A stretch of DNA of 64,000 nt from Longimicrobiales bacterium (GCA_965226375.1 CBDDCX010000007.1:352001-416000), one strand, 5' to 3'. Numbered from the stretch's first letter, positions 10,403 to 20,189 are shown. The notes: generated by a model not told the origin, from the sequence alone. Program-made: numbers and translations.

Positions 10403-10936
10403 TCAGTTGTTCTCCGCCTCGCGTCTGTAGTGTCCGTCGAAGGTCACGGACCAGGTGGCGCCGTCGTCCGTGGACGTCTCCCAGAGTTGCCTTACATGAT
10501 CCGGATCACCGCCCTCGACGGACCAGGTGATCCGATTGACGACGGCGACACCGCTCTGACCGACTCCGGGACCCTGGAGGATCATCTTTCCATCGTCGAT
10601 TCCGCCGTCCATCTGGAGCAGTAGCCCCCCGTTGTCGACCCAGCTCTGGTGCCATACGCCACGGGCGGCGTCGTAGATGTTGAAGCTCTGTCCCTCGTAC
10701 CCCGTGGGGGTCGTGTAGCTCTCGTGAAGAAAGCAGTCGGTGACGCGTCGTATCGTGTTGTGCCCCACCACAGCGCCCGCGAGGTTCTCGACGCGCCAGG
10801 TTCCCACCCAGAAGTCGAACTGACGGTGTGCGTCTCCGTCACAGGATCTGTTCTGTGCCGCGAGGTCGGTCGGCAGAACGATCACTGCGCAGACGAAGAG
10901 GGCCGGGATCAGGTGTGGGAGTCTGTGGTGGCACAT
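10403..10936 (-). CDS. Secreted DUF1579-like protein
   Basis: Signal peptide; RQFDFWVGTW, WHQSWVD, VRQLWETSTDDGATWSVTFDGHYRR. Confidence 0.7.
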   Translation of the reverse strand: MCHHRLPHLIPALFVCAVIVLPTDLAAQNRSCDGDAHRQFDFWVGTWRVENLAGAVVGHNTIRRVTDCFLHESYTTPTGYEGQSFNIYDAARGVWHQSWVDNGGLLLQMDGGIDDGKMILQGPGVGQSGVAVVNRITWSVEGGDPDHVRQLWETSTDDGATWSVTFDGHYRREAENN

Positions 10937-11029
10937 ATCGGGCGTCCTCGATGTTCAACGCGGAACTGGAAACTCGTCATGGGCAACATACGCTCGCTCC
11001 GGGACAGTCTTTCGTGCTCGCACTTCTAT

Positions 11030-11092
11030 CTACGATAAGTCTCGTTGACCGGTCAAAGTCGACAGGCTACACTACTACTAGTTCTATCGTAG
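11030..11092 (+). promoter_or_regulatory. sigma70 promoter of blaI-like gene flanked by two putative repressor operators
   Basis: TTGACC(11045-50)-N17-TACACT(11068-73); palindromes CTACGA-N6-TCGTTG (11030-47) and CTACTA-N6-TCGTAG (11075-92). Confidence 0.75.
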
Positions 11093-11108
11093 ATAAGAGG
11101 AGGCAAGG

Positions 11109-11477
11109 GTGAAGGACGTGGTATTCACGGAGCGTGAGCTCGATGTGATGGCGGTTCTCTGGGACCACTGTTCGGCCACCGTGGCGGACGTGCGGGAACG
11201 ATTGACTGACGAGTTGGCCTACACGACGGTCCTCACGATTCTCCGCACGCTGGAGGACAAGGGATATGTGAGTCACCGACCCGAGGGTCGGGCGTACCGG
11301 TACCATCCGCTCGTCGACCGTGAAGAGGCTCGGGTGAGCCATCTGAACCGGTTGACTCAGAAGCTCTTTTCCGGGTCGACCGAGCGTCTGCTCACCCACC
11401 TCGTTGCCGAGCGTGGTATGTCCGAGGAGGAGCTGGAGCGACTCCGAGGACTGCTGAATCAGAGACTGGAGGGGTAG
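11109..11477 (+). CDS. BlaI/MecI/CopY family transcriptional repressor
   Basis: FTERELDVMAVLW, LAYTTVLTILRTLEDKGYV, GRAYRY, LFSGS. Confidence 0.95.
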   Translation: MKDVVFTERELDVMAVLWDHCSATVADVRERLTDELAYTTVLTILRTLEDKGYVSHRPEGRAYRYHPLVDREEARVSHLNRLTQKLFSGSTERLLTHLVAERGMSEEELERLRGLLNQRLEG

Positions 11478-11479
11478 GG

Positions 11480-12448
11480 ATGTTGGTGACGTGGATGATT
11501 TATTGCACGGTGTTGGCAACGCTCCTGGCTGGAGGTGCTTGGCTCCTCGAGAAGCTGGTGCACCTCCATCGTGGGGAGACCCGGCGGGTTTGGGCCGTTG
11601 CGCTCCTCGGGGCGGTTCTGGGGCCGGTTTTCATGTGGCTGCGGGATGCGGAAAGTGGTATGGTCGGCGGATCGTATACGATCGGGTTCCTGGTGGAAGC
11701 CATGGATCCGTTCTTCCTCGAGGTGGTCCAGGGACCGTTGACCACTGGCTGGGCCGCGCTCTCCGGGCTGATGCTCCTGTATCTGGTGGTCTCGTGGGTG
11801 CGGACCAGCCGCAGACGGCTGGAATGGCGCCGCGACCGTGTCGAGGGTGAGCCGGTCCTGGTCTCGAGAGATGTGGGGCCGGCCGTGGTGGGCTTCTTCC
11901 CGGGAGAGATCGTCCTGCCCGAGTGGGCCCTCGCTGTCGAGGCCTCTGAGCGTCGCCTGATGATGGACCATGAGCGCGAGCATTTGAGGGCGAGGGATCC
12001 TCAACTCCTCTGGCTGTCCCTCGTGATGCTCTCCGCCATGCCCTGGAATCCGGCTCTCTGGTGGATCGCCGGCCGCCTTCGGCTTGCGGTCGAGGTGGAC
12101 TGTGATGGACGTGTTCTGGCCGGAGAGCGGTGGGATACGCGCCAATACGGGTCACTACTCCTGGAGGTCGGCAGGCGGGGGAGTCGATGGAGTCGGGGGA
12201 TGGCGGCGTTCTCGAGGCCGTTGAGCACGCTCGAGCATCGGATTCTGCGTATGACCGATCGGGAGCGCGGACCGAGATGGTTCAAGAGGGGTGCGCTGAT
12301 CGCTGGTGTGACCGCCGCGTTGGTGGGTGCCTGGATGCTCCCGACGCCTCCTCCGTTGGGTGCGTGGAGCGGCTTCAGCTGTTGTTGTGATGACAGCGCG
12401 TCCGTCACCGCCTCGGTCGGGGAGCAGGTGAGCGAGCGCCGGTCGTAG
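11480..12448 (+). CDS. M56 family (BlaR1/MecR1-like) membrane metallopeptidase
   Basis: GPAVVG, HEREH zinc motif, PWNPALWW, EVDCD, YGSLL, LEHRI; coupled to the blaI-like gene. Confidence 0.92.
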   Translation: MLVTWMIYCTVLATLLAGGAWLLEKLVHLHRGETRRVWAVALLGAVLGPVFMWLRDAESGMVGGSYTIGFLVEAMDPFFLEVVQGPLTTGWAALSGLMLLYLVVSWVRTSRRRLEWRRDRVEGEPVLVSRDVGPAVVGFFPGEIVLPEWALAVEASERRLMMDHEREHLRARDPQLLWLSLVMLSAMPWNPALWWIAGRLRLAVEVDCDGRVLAGERWDTRQYGSLLLEVGRRGSRWSRGMAAFSRPLSTLEHRILRMTDRERGPRWFKRGALIAGVTAALVGAWMLPTPPPLGAWSGFSCCCDDSASVTASVGEQVSERRS

Positions 12449-12464
12449 GGTCGCACTCCATCAT

Positions 12465-12526
12465 ATACTAGATATATAGTTGACAACCGTTCCGGGCCGC
12501 CGTACATTCTACTATATCTCTAGTAG
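12465..12526 (+). promoter_or_regulatory. sigma70 promoter with two putative BlaI-type operators
   Basis: TTGACA(12480-85)-N17-TACATT(12503-08); ATACTA-N6-TAGTTG (12465-82) and CTACTA-N6-TAGTAG with perfect arms (12509-26). Confidence 0.8.
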
Positions 12527-12532
12527 GTCCAT

Positions 12533-14923
12533 GTGCGGGGAGGGGTGGAATGGTCCGGGTCCGTCGTGGCGGTGTGGGGAAGAACGAGGGTGCGTGCGGC
12601 TTTGGTGACGTGCGCCATCTGGGGGACCCTGGGCGCAGGGTCGCTGACGGGTCAGACGGCCCGGGCCACTTCTTCCGGCCAAGGCTCTTCCGGGTCTTCG
12701 GCACCCTACCGCATCACCGACGACGGGCGCTTCGAGTTCGCGGTCAGGCCCGCTGACGACGTCATCCGGGTAGACGGATTCCTCGACGAAGACGCTTGGC
12801 TCACGGCCACCCGCGTTTCTCTTCCCTACGAGACCAATCCGGGCAACAGCACGCCGGCACCCGTGGACACCCACTGTCTGGTCACGTTCGACCAGGACAA
12901 CCTGTACTTCGCGTGCGAGGCGGTGGATCCCGATCCCGAGGCCATTCGGGCCTACGTCACCGACCGCGACGACACGGACGGACACGACCGCATCGTGTTG
13001 ACCCTGGACCCCTTCAACGATGCGAGGCGTGGGTTCCAGTTCGGCGTCTCCGCTCTTGGAGTCCAATTCGACGCCGTCTTCTCACCCAACGGAGGAGGGG
13101 GAGGCGATGGTGATCGCATGCAGGGCCCGAGCGCCCCGTCTTGGGACGCGATATGGAATTCCTCCGGACGGATCACGGAGAGGGGTTACCTGATCGAAGC
13201 TTCCATTCCCTTCAGATCATTGCGCTTTCCGAGTTCGTCGGGAGTCCAGACCTGGGGATTCTTCGTGACGCGCGAGTGGCCCAGAAGTGATCGGGTAGAG
13301 ACTCGTTCCATGACCTGGAACCGGGACAACGCTTGCGTTCTCTGCCAGGCGAATCTGCTCACCGGCTTCTCTGGAATCAGCTCGGGCCGAAACCTGGAGA
13401 TGACTCCGACGTTCACATCCGGACGTACGGACACCCGGAGCACGGTCCTGGAAGGAGAGCTCGAAAGCGGGGCCGTGGTGAGAGAGTTCGGGCTCGACGG
13501 CATGTGGGGGATCACTACCGACCTGACGTTGAACGCCACGCTCAACCCGGACTTCTCACAGGTGGAGGCTGATGTGGCCCAACTCGGGGTCAACGACCGA
13601 TTCGCTCTCTTCTTTCCGGAGAAACGGCCGTTCTTTCTCGAGGGTGCCGACCTCTTCAGCACTCCGGTTCAGGCCTTCTTCAGCCGGACGATCGCTGATC
13701 CGCAGCTCGGCTCCAAGGTCACAGGCAAGATGGGATCGAACGCCGTCGGGGCCGTCGTGACCCGAGACGCGGTAAACCGCATTGTCGTTCCGGGAGAGCT
13801 CTCGTCGCAGAGCGTGACGCTCGACGGGACGGCGGTTACCACGGTCGGGCGTTTTCGCCGAGACGTCGGCGGCTCGTCTACGGTGGGTGCCCTCTACACC
13901 GGTAGGGAGGGAGACGCTTATTTCAACCGAGTCGGGGGTGTCGACGGCTTTTTTAGACTCGCCTCGGCACTGACCGCCCGCTTCCAGTACCTGCACTCGG
14001 AGACGGAATACCCTGAGACGCTGCCGCTCGGCTTGGATCAGCCCAGTGGAGCGTTTGGAGGGGACATCGCGAAGGCATCCCTGCAGTACGACACTCACGA
14101 CTGGTTCGTCGACCTGAATGGGCAGTATGTCGGAGACGGGTTCCGGGCCGATGCAGGCTTCGTTAATCAGGTGAACATCCGAGGCATGCAGACGATGGTT
14201 GAACGGAATTTCTGGGGGGACGAGGGCGACTTCTATACCGTGCTCACCGTTACCGGGGGGGGCTGGCACAACGAGAACCTCGAGGGCCGCCTCATCGGAG
14301 AGGGTATGTGGACCTTCTTCCGATTCCGTGGAGCGAAGCAGAGTGAGCTGTGGATCAATCCCAACTTGAGACGACAGTTCTTCGACGGTGAGACGGGACG
14401 TCTGTTGCAGTTGTGGTTCGGTGGCTCTCTCCAACCGAGCGGAATGCTGCGAGTGGAGATGTCCGGCAACGTGGGTACCGATTTCGACTACACCAACGGT
14501 GGGCTCGGTCGGGGCTTCCGGCTGAGCCCGACGGTGGACCTACGACTCGGTCGGCGAGTTCACTTCAGGCTCGGACACACCTTCCAGCGTCTCAACACCC
14601 TGGACGGGGAAGAGATCTTCCGAGCCGGTCTGTCTCAGGTGCGTGCGGTATACAACTTCAGTCCCCGGTCATTCGTTCGGGCCATAATCCAGTACCGGGA
14701 CACACATCTGAATCCGGAGACCCACGAAGAGGAGGTGAACCGGTCCGCGTCGGCAGTGTTCACTCAACTACTGTTTTCATACAAGGTGAATCCGCAGACG
14801 GTGGTCTTCCTCGGTTACACGGACAACCGAGACGCTTTCACGGACCAGGACTTCGTCCGAAGGCCTCTGACGCAGTCGGATCGCGCCCTGTTCCTCAAGC
14901 TCGGGTATGCGTTTCGCCCATGA
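12533..14923 (+). CDS. CBM9-like domain plus DUF5916-like outer-membrane beta-barrel protein
   Basis: IRVDGFLDEDAW, DQDNLYF, LDPFND, LNATLNPDFSQVEAD, FFPEKRPFFLEG, C-terminal FLKLGYAFRP; start codon uncertain. Confidence 0.82.
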   Translation: MRGGVEWSGSVVAVWGRTRVRAALVTCAIWGTLGAGSLTGQTARATSSGQGSSGSSAPYRITDDGRFEFAVRPADDVIRVDGFLDEDAWLTATRVSLPYETNPGNSTPAPVDTHCLVTFDQDNLYFACEAVDPDPEAIRAYVTDRDDTDGHDRIVLTLDPFNDARRGFQFGVSALGVQFDAVFSPNGGGGGDGDRMQGPSAPSWDAIWNSSGRITERGYLIEASIPFRSLRFPSSSGVQTWGFFVTREWPRSDRVETRSMTWNRDNACVLCQANLLTGFSGISSGRNLEMTPTFTSGRTDTRSTVLEGELESGAVVREFGLDGMWGITTDLTLNATLNPDFSQVEADVAQLGVNDRFALFFPEKRPFFLEGADLFSTPVQAFFSRTIADPQLGSKVTGKMGSNAVGAVVTRDAVNRIVVPGELSSQSVTLDGTAVTTVGRFRRDVGGSSTVGALYTGREGDAYFNRVGGVDGFFRLASALTARFQYLHSETEYPETLPLGLDQPSGAFGGDIAKASLQYDTHDWFVDLNGQYVGDGFRADAGFVNQVNIRGMQTMVERNFWGDEGDFYTVLTVTGGGWHNENLEGRLIGEGMWTFFRFRGAKQSELWINPNLRRQFFDGETGRLLQLWFGGSLQPSGMLRVEMSGNVGTDFDYTNGGLGRGFRLSPTVDLRLGRRVHFRLGHTFQRLNTLDGEEIFRAGLSQVRAVYNFSPRSFVRAIIQYRDTHLNPETHEEEVNRSASAVFTQLLFSYKVNPQTVVFLGYTDNRDAFTDQDFVRRPLTQSDRALFLKLGYAFRP

Positions 14924-15135
14924 CCCTACGCGAAGCGATTCGCCAATGCGCTCCACCGAGATCGCAGTGACCCTGCCTCAGGTCCACGTGTACTGACTTG
15001 ATCAAGACGCGTTGGCGACAGTCGAGAGGCCCGTTCGCCCGGCGTTCGCCCGCCGGTCGCCCCCCCGAGTCGATCCGTAGGAACGGTCTTCCAGGCCGGC
15101 GGGCTCGCTCTTCTTACGCATTCGGGCGGTATTCC

Positions 15136-15269
15136 CGGGTGTTCGCTAATGGGAAGGGGGGTCCCGCAGACGAGCATATCCGAGAGAAAGCCACCAGAGC
15201 GTGTGCGCTACGTAATTCGTTGATATACAACGGCTTACATGAGATTTCCGTTTTTGGCACGAAGCTTCC
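15136..15269 (+). promoter_or_regulatory. Putative sigma54 promoter with enhancer and IHF site
   Basis: UAS-like CGGGTGTTCGCTAATGGGA (15136-54); IHF consensus TATCAACGAATTA on the minus strand (15213-25); TGGCACGAAGCTTCC (15255-69), where the -12 element is CC instead of GC. Confidence 0.6.
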
Positions 15270-15408
15270 GTTAGAAAACGAACGAACACGGTCTTTGGGG
15301 TTCGATCGGAGGGTGCGGTGCACGGTGTGGCAGTGACGGTTAGCGAAGTTGGCTGGCTCCGGTCGAATCCCTTTCCGTTTTTCTATAAACGAGCCTGGAG
15401 GTGGGACG

Positions 15409-16929
15409 TTGACTCGAGTCCTAGACATCGATATGAGCGAAGCTAAGCGAGCCCTGACTCTGGCCGCGGCGGCCTTGATGGCCACAGCCACCATGGCCCT
15501 TGGACAAGAACGGCTGACTCTCCAAAGTGCCATCGATCTGGCCCGGGAGAACAACCCGACCTTCCTGGCTACGCAGAATGACGAGGCCGTGTTCGACTGG
15601 GCCATGCGGGAGGCGGTCTCGAACCTTTTCGTTCCTCAGTTGACTGTCTTCGGGCAGGCGGGTTATCGAGCGCCCGGGGTTTCGCGGACCGGAACGATCA
15701 CCACGGGAGGAGTCGACCAGGGCGCCCAATACACGTCGTTCTATCAGTTTCAGGCCCGCTACACGCTTGACGGCAACACCCTATTCGGCGTCCCCAGTGC
15801 GAAGGCCGACCGCAACGCCGCGCACGCGCGCACCATGGCGGCCGAGTTCACCATGGAGTCGCTGGTAACGCTACAGTATATGACTGCCCTAAGGGCGCGA
15901 GATCAGGTGGAGGTCGCTCGGCGTCAGGTCGATCGCTCCATCCAGAACCTCGAAATCGCCCAGGCCCGCGTGGACGCTCAGGCCGCAATCGTTACGGATG
16001 CCAAGCAGGCGCAGGTTCAGCTCGGCCGGGATTCGGTGTCGCTGCTCCAGTTCGAGTCGTCGCTTCGCGTGGAGACGTTCCGCCTGCTCGAGAACATCGG
16101 ATTCAACCTGGAGAACGAAGTCGAGCTCGTGAGCGAGTTCGCCGTGTTCGAGCCCACCTGGACCAACGGGGCGCTCATCTCTGGCGCTCTGGAGTCGCAT
16201 CCACAGCTCAAGGCCTTCGAGGCCAGCGAAGGCGCCCGCAAGGCGAACCTTCGGCAAGCGAGGAGCACCTATTTCCCGCGTTTGACGCTCGCTGCCCAAT
16301 GGCAAGGATTCACGCAGGAGATCCAGAACGGCCAGTTTCTGGTGAATAGCGCGGAAAATGGCGCTCTCAGCAGGATAGCGGACTGCGAAATGTTTAACGA
16401 CATTTCGGCCGGCCTGCCTTCACCCCTGTCTGGCTTCCCTCAGAACTGCTCCTCCCTGACTCTCTCGGATGCGGGTCGCGAGGCGATTCTCTCGGGAAAC
16501 AGTGCGTTTCCGTTCAGCTTCAACAACCAGCCGTTCCAGGCCCAGTTGAGCGTCAGCTTTCCGATCTTCAACGGCTTCGCCCGTGAGCGACAGGCGTCAC
16601 AGGCCGCCAACGCCTACGAGGACGCGGTCCACTTCCGCCGTGCGGAGGAGCTGCGTTTGAGGACCGCGGTAACGTCGGCCCACGATGCTTTGGCAACAGG
16701 CTACAACATCGTACAGGTCGAAGAGCGCAACCGCGTAGTGGCCGGTGAACAGTTGGAGCTGGCCCGGGCCCGCTACACCTTGGGAGCGGACAACTTTCTG
16801 GTGCTACTCGATGCGGAGCGTACTACGGCTGATGCAGAGCGCGCCTATCTGGACGCACTTTATACGTTCCACATCGAGCTTGCGAATCTGGAAAATGCTG
16901 TGGGGCGGCGGCTTCGCCCCGACGCGTAG
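15409..16929 (+). CDS. TolC family outer membrane efflux protein
   Basis: LTLQSAIDLARENNP, ARSTYFPRLTL, SFPIFNGF, LELARARYTLG; TTG start after GGAGG. Confidence 0.9.
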   Translation: MTRVLDIDMSEAKRALTLAAAALMATATMALGQERLTLQSAIDLARENNPTFLATQNDEAVFDWAMREAVSNLFVPQLTVFGQAGYRAPGVSRTGTITTGGVDQGAQYTSFYQFQARYTLDGNTLFGVPSAKADRNAAHARTMAAEFTMESLVTLQYMTALRARDQVEVARRQVDRSIQNLEIAQARVDAQAAIVTDAKQAQVQLGRDSVSLLQFESSLRVETFRLLENIGFNLENEVELVSEFAVFEPTWTNGALISGALESHPQLKAFEASEGARKANLRQARSTYFPRLTLAAQWQGFTQEIQNGQFLVNSAENGALSRIADCEMFNDISAGLPSPLSGFPQNCSSLTLSDAGREAILSGNSAFPFSFNNQPFQAQLSVSFPIFNGFARERQASQAANAYEDAVHFRRAEELRLRTAVTSAHDALATGYNIVQVEERNRVVAGEQLELARARYTLGADNFLVLLDAERTTADAERAYLDALYTFHIELANLENAVGRRLRPDA

Positions 16930-17003
16930 GACCCGATCACGACCATTCTCGTCGAGCGGCTGAGGCCGAGTCGGCGCCTAACGACTAGAGAGCGAGGAAA
17001 TTC

Positions 17004-18257
17004 GTGGATATCCCCCGCGATCCGAAACCGAAAACCAGAAAAAGGGTCATCCAGTGGTCGGTTGCCGCCATCGGCGTCATCCTGATCACGGGCATGCTCA
17101 GGAACCTCCAGCCGGCGGCGCCCAGCGTTGACGCTGCCACCGTCTGGATGGACACGGTCCAGCACGGGACCATGGTGCGGCAGGTCCGGGGCCCGGGCAC
17201 GTTGGTGCCTGAGCGGATGCGGTGGCTCACGGCTCTCACCGCCGGCCGCGTCGAGCAGATCATCATTTTGCCCGGCACGGAGATCGAGGCGAACACCGTC
17301 ATCATCCGCATGAGCAATCCGGACGTCGAGGTACAGTTGCTCCAGGCCCAGCAACAACTCTCCAGCGCCGAAGCCCAGCTAATCCAGCTCCGCTCGACTT
17401 TGCTAACGCAACGCCTTACGCAGGCCGGTCTGGTGGCCCAGACGCGTACGCTCTATCACAACGCTCAGCGTGATCACGCCACGAACCAACGACTCTACGA
17501 CACGAATCCCGAGCTGGTCGCCGCCACCGAGCTGGCACGGACCGGCGACGCGGTGTCTGAGTTCGAGGAGCGTATCAGGCTCGAAGAGGAGCGACTGGCG
17601 GTCTTCGAGTCGTCCGTCGACGACCAGTTGAATGCCCAGAAGATCCAGATCAGCCGGCTCTCGGACATCGTCAAGTTCAATCAGGACCGGGTCGCCTCTT
17701 TCCAGGTGACTGCCGGTGTCTCCGGGGTGTTGGCCGAGCTGCCGCTGGAAGAAGGTCAGTGGGTTCAGTCCGGCGGCACGTTGGCCCGTGTGGTGCAGCC
17801 GGGGCGGCTCAAGGCGGAGATCCGGATTCCGCAGACCCAGGCTCAGGACATAGCGGCCGGACAGCTGGCATACATCGACACGCGAAACGATACGATCGAG
17901 GGTCGTGTGGTCCGCATCGACCCGTCCGTTCAGAACGGGACGGTGACCATCGACGTGGCGCTGCCGGCCGACTTGCCGCGGAGCGCGCGTCCAGATTTGA
18001 GCGTGGACGGAAACGTGGTCATCCAGCGACTGGACGACGTGACCTACGTGGGAAGGCCGGCTTACGGCCAAGCCAACCAGAGGGTCGGCATGTTCAAGTT
18101 GGTCGAAGAGGGTCAGTTCGCCGAGCGCGTCAACGTCATGTTGGGAGCGAGCTCGGTGAACGAAATCGAAGTGCGGGAAGGGCTCGAGCCCGGCGACATC
18201 GTGATCCTGTCGGACATGTCCCAGTGGGACGGATTCGATCGGGTACGCTTGAGATAG
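17004..18257 (+). CDS. MacA/HlyD-like periplasmic adaptor subunit
   Basis: N-terminal TM, VRQVRGPGTLVPE, coiled coil, ARPDLSVDG, GLEPGDIVILSD. Confidence 0.92.
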   Translation: MDIPRDPKPKTRKRVIQWSVAAIGVILITGMLRNLQPAAPSVDAATVWMDTVQHGTMVRQVRGPGTLVPERMRWLTALTAGRVEQIIILPGTEIEANTVIIRMSNPDVEVQLLQAQQQLSSAEAQLIQLRSTLLTQRLTQAGLVAQTRTLYHNAQRDHATNQRLYDTNPELVAATELARTGDAVSEFEERIRLEEERLAVFESSVDDQLNAQKIQISRLSDIVKFNQDRVASFQVTAGVSGVLAELPLEEGQWVQSGGTLARVVQPGRLKAEIRIPQTQAQDIAAGQLAYIDTRNDTIEGRVVRIDPSVQNGTVTIDVALPADLPRSARPDLSVDGNVVIQRLDDVTYVGRPAYGQANQRVGMFKLVEEGQFAERVNVMLGASSVNEIEVREGLEPGDIVILSDMSQWDGFDRVRLR

Positions 18258-18349
18258 CGCAGCATGAAGAGGTACTGGGGGGGACCTCGAAGGTCCGATC
18301 GGGAACGGAAATCGATGAAGAACCGAGGTTTACTGGAACGGGAGGGATG

Positions 18350-19105
18350 ATGGAGAACGGTGGCGAGAAGAACGGGACGGCTCTGATCGACCTACAGGGG
18401 CTGAGCAAAGTCTTCTATACGGAAGAGGTGGAGACCCACGCTCTTTCCGAGATTCATTTGAGTATCAAGGCAGGCGAGTTCGTCTCCATCGCGGGTCCTT
18501 CGGGCTGTGGTAAGACCACGCTTCTGTCGATCCTCGGGCTGCTGGACTCGCCCACCATGGGTGACTATCTGCTCGACGGCGAGCCGGTGGCGAACCTCAC
18601 GGCGTCGCAGCGTGCCAAGATCCGTAATCAGGCCATCGGGTTCGTCTTCCAGGCGTTCAACCTGATCGGCGATCTGACGGTCTACGAAAACGTCGAGCTT
18701 CCGCTCACATACCGCGGAATGGCCGGTGGCGAGCGCAAGGAGCGAGTCCACGCGTCGCTGGAGCGCGTGGGTATGGCTCATCGCATGACGCACTATCCCA
18801 GCCAGCTCTCAGGTGGTCAGCAGCAGCGCGTGGCGGTAGCCCGGGCCATTGTGGGCAAGCCCCTCATCCTGCTGGCGGACGAGCCCACGGGTAACCTGGA
18901 CTCGAAGAACGGCAACGCGGTCATGGACCTGATGAACGAGCTCCATGACGAAGGGGCCACGATCTGCATGGTCACGCACGACCCGCGTTACTCCGCAGTT
19001 GCGGAACGCTCGGTGCACCTCTTCGACGGCCAGGTCGTCGACGAAGAGGACGCCCTGCGCGAGGAGCATGCGCACGAGTTGGAGGAGAGTGGCTTCGACG
19101 TATAA
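18350..19105 (+). CDS. MacB/LolD-type ABC transporter ATP-binding protein
   Basis: GPSGCGKTT, FQAFNLI, LSGGQQQRVAVARA, LADEPTGNLD, VTHD; start after GGAGGG. Confidence 0.95.
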   Translation: MENGGEKNGTALIDLQGLSKVFYTEEVETHALSEIHLSIKAGEFVSIAGPSGCGKTTLLSILGLLDSPTMGDYLLDGEPVANLTASQRAKIRNQAIGFVFQAFNLIGDLTVYENVELPLTYRGMAGGERKERVHASLERVGMAHRMTHYPSQLSGGQQQRVAVARAIVGKPLILLADEPTGNLDSKNGNAVMDLMNELHDEGATICMVTHDPRYSAVAERSVHLFDGQVVDEEDALREEHAHELEESGFDV

Positions 19106-19126
19106 CGGAGCCTTAGTTGGGTGTGG

Positions 19127-19161
19127 GAGAAGGACGGCCTTCGGGCCGCCCTTCTCGTTTT
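19127..19161 (+). terminator. Rho-independent terminator
   Basis: GAGAAGGACGGCC-TTCG-GGCCGCCCTTCTC followed by GTTTT. Confidence 0.8.
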
Positions 19162-19326
19162 ATGGTCTGGATCCTCGGCGCCCTGGGTGTCGTATTGGAA
19201 GCGGAGTCGGGGGTGGCGGGCCATTCGGGCTTGCGGCCCAGATACACGCCCCGCACCGATCCCATGGAGGCGCTTCGTGCCGAGTGAGCGGGGTACAGCG
19301 AAGGGCAGGGCGTTGACGGACCCCCA

Positions 19327-19460
19327 CGGGTGTCCGATTTTGGGACGTACACTCTTGCACGGTGGACCGTCATGTCTCACGTAAAACATTAGATGTTATG
19401 ACATAAATATCTGTGTGACATAATGTCAGGCGCGACTTTCATGACGGGCATGATCATTGC
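19327..19460 (+). promoter_or_regulatory. Putative sigma54 promoter with enhancer
   Basis: UAS-like CGGGTGTCCGATTTTGGGA (19327-45); AT-rich spacer; GGGCATGATCATTGC (19446-60) with GG-N10-GC. Confidence 0.7.
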
Positions 19461-19517
19461 CCAAGGGAGTTCAGTCGTCGAAACCCGCTGTCGATCCAAC
19501 ATTCAACCACTGGGACC

Positions 19518-20189
19518 ATGGCACTGATCAAGACGAGGGGAATCGAGAAGTCGTACAAGACCGGGGCGGGCGAGACGTTTGTCCTGCGACGGATCGATCT
19601 GGAAATCGGGGCGGGTGATTTCGTGACCATCATGGGTCCGTCTGGCGCCGGCAAGTCCACGCTGCTGTCGATCTTGGGCATGCTCGATGGCGACTGGCGA
19701 GGGGAGTACTGGCTCGGTGACGAACCGGTGCACGCCATGCGGCCGAGGGCTCGCATCGAGCTGAACAAGCGCTATATCGGATTCGTGTTCCAGCAGTATC
19801 ATCTGCTCGACGATCTGACGGTCTACGAGAACCTGGAAATTCCACTCTCCTACCGAAACGTGAAGCGGAAGGAGCGTCAGGCGATCGTTGCCGATTCCTT
19901 GGACCGATTCCAGATCGTCGGCAAGAAGGACCTGTACCCGACGCAGTTGTCCGGTGGGCAACAACAGCTCGTCGCCGTGGCCCGGGCCGTCATCTCCGAG
20001 CCGAAGGTGATTCTGGCCGACGAGCCCACCGGCAGCCTGCACTCGAGCCAGGGCCGGATGATCATGGATCTCCTGGCCCAGCTAAACCGTGAGGGGACCA
20101 CGATCATCCAGGTCACCCATAACGAAGACTACGCCGCCTTCGGGCAGCGCATCATCCAGCTGAAGGACGGCTGGATCGTCGACGAATAG
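19518..20189 (+). CDS. Second MacB/LolD-type ABC ATP-binding protein
   Basis: GPSGAGKST, LSGGQQQLVAVARA, LADEPTGSLH, VTHN. Confidence 0.93.
   Translation: MALIKTRGIEKSYKTGAGETFVLRRIDLEIGAGDFVTIMGPSGAGKSTLLSILGMLDGDWRGEYWLGDEPVHAMRPRARIELNKRYIGFVFQQYHLLDDLTVYENLEIPLSYRNVKRKERQAIVADSLDRFQIVGKKDLYPTQLSGGQQQLVAVARAVISEPKVILADEPTGSLHSSQGRMIMDLLAQLNREGTTIIQVTHNEDYAAFGQRIIQLKDGWIVDE

Noticed and set aside
14998..15336. 112 aa ORF upstream of tolC
   Set aside because: It spans the predicted enhancer, IHF and sigma54 elements and has no protein-like features
17759..18349. Apparent 448 aa ABC ATPase with a long N-terminal extension
   Set aside because: The extension overlaps the adaptor gene in another frame; an RBS supports a start at 18347/18350
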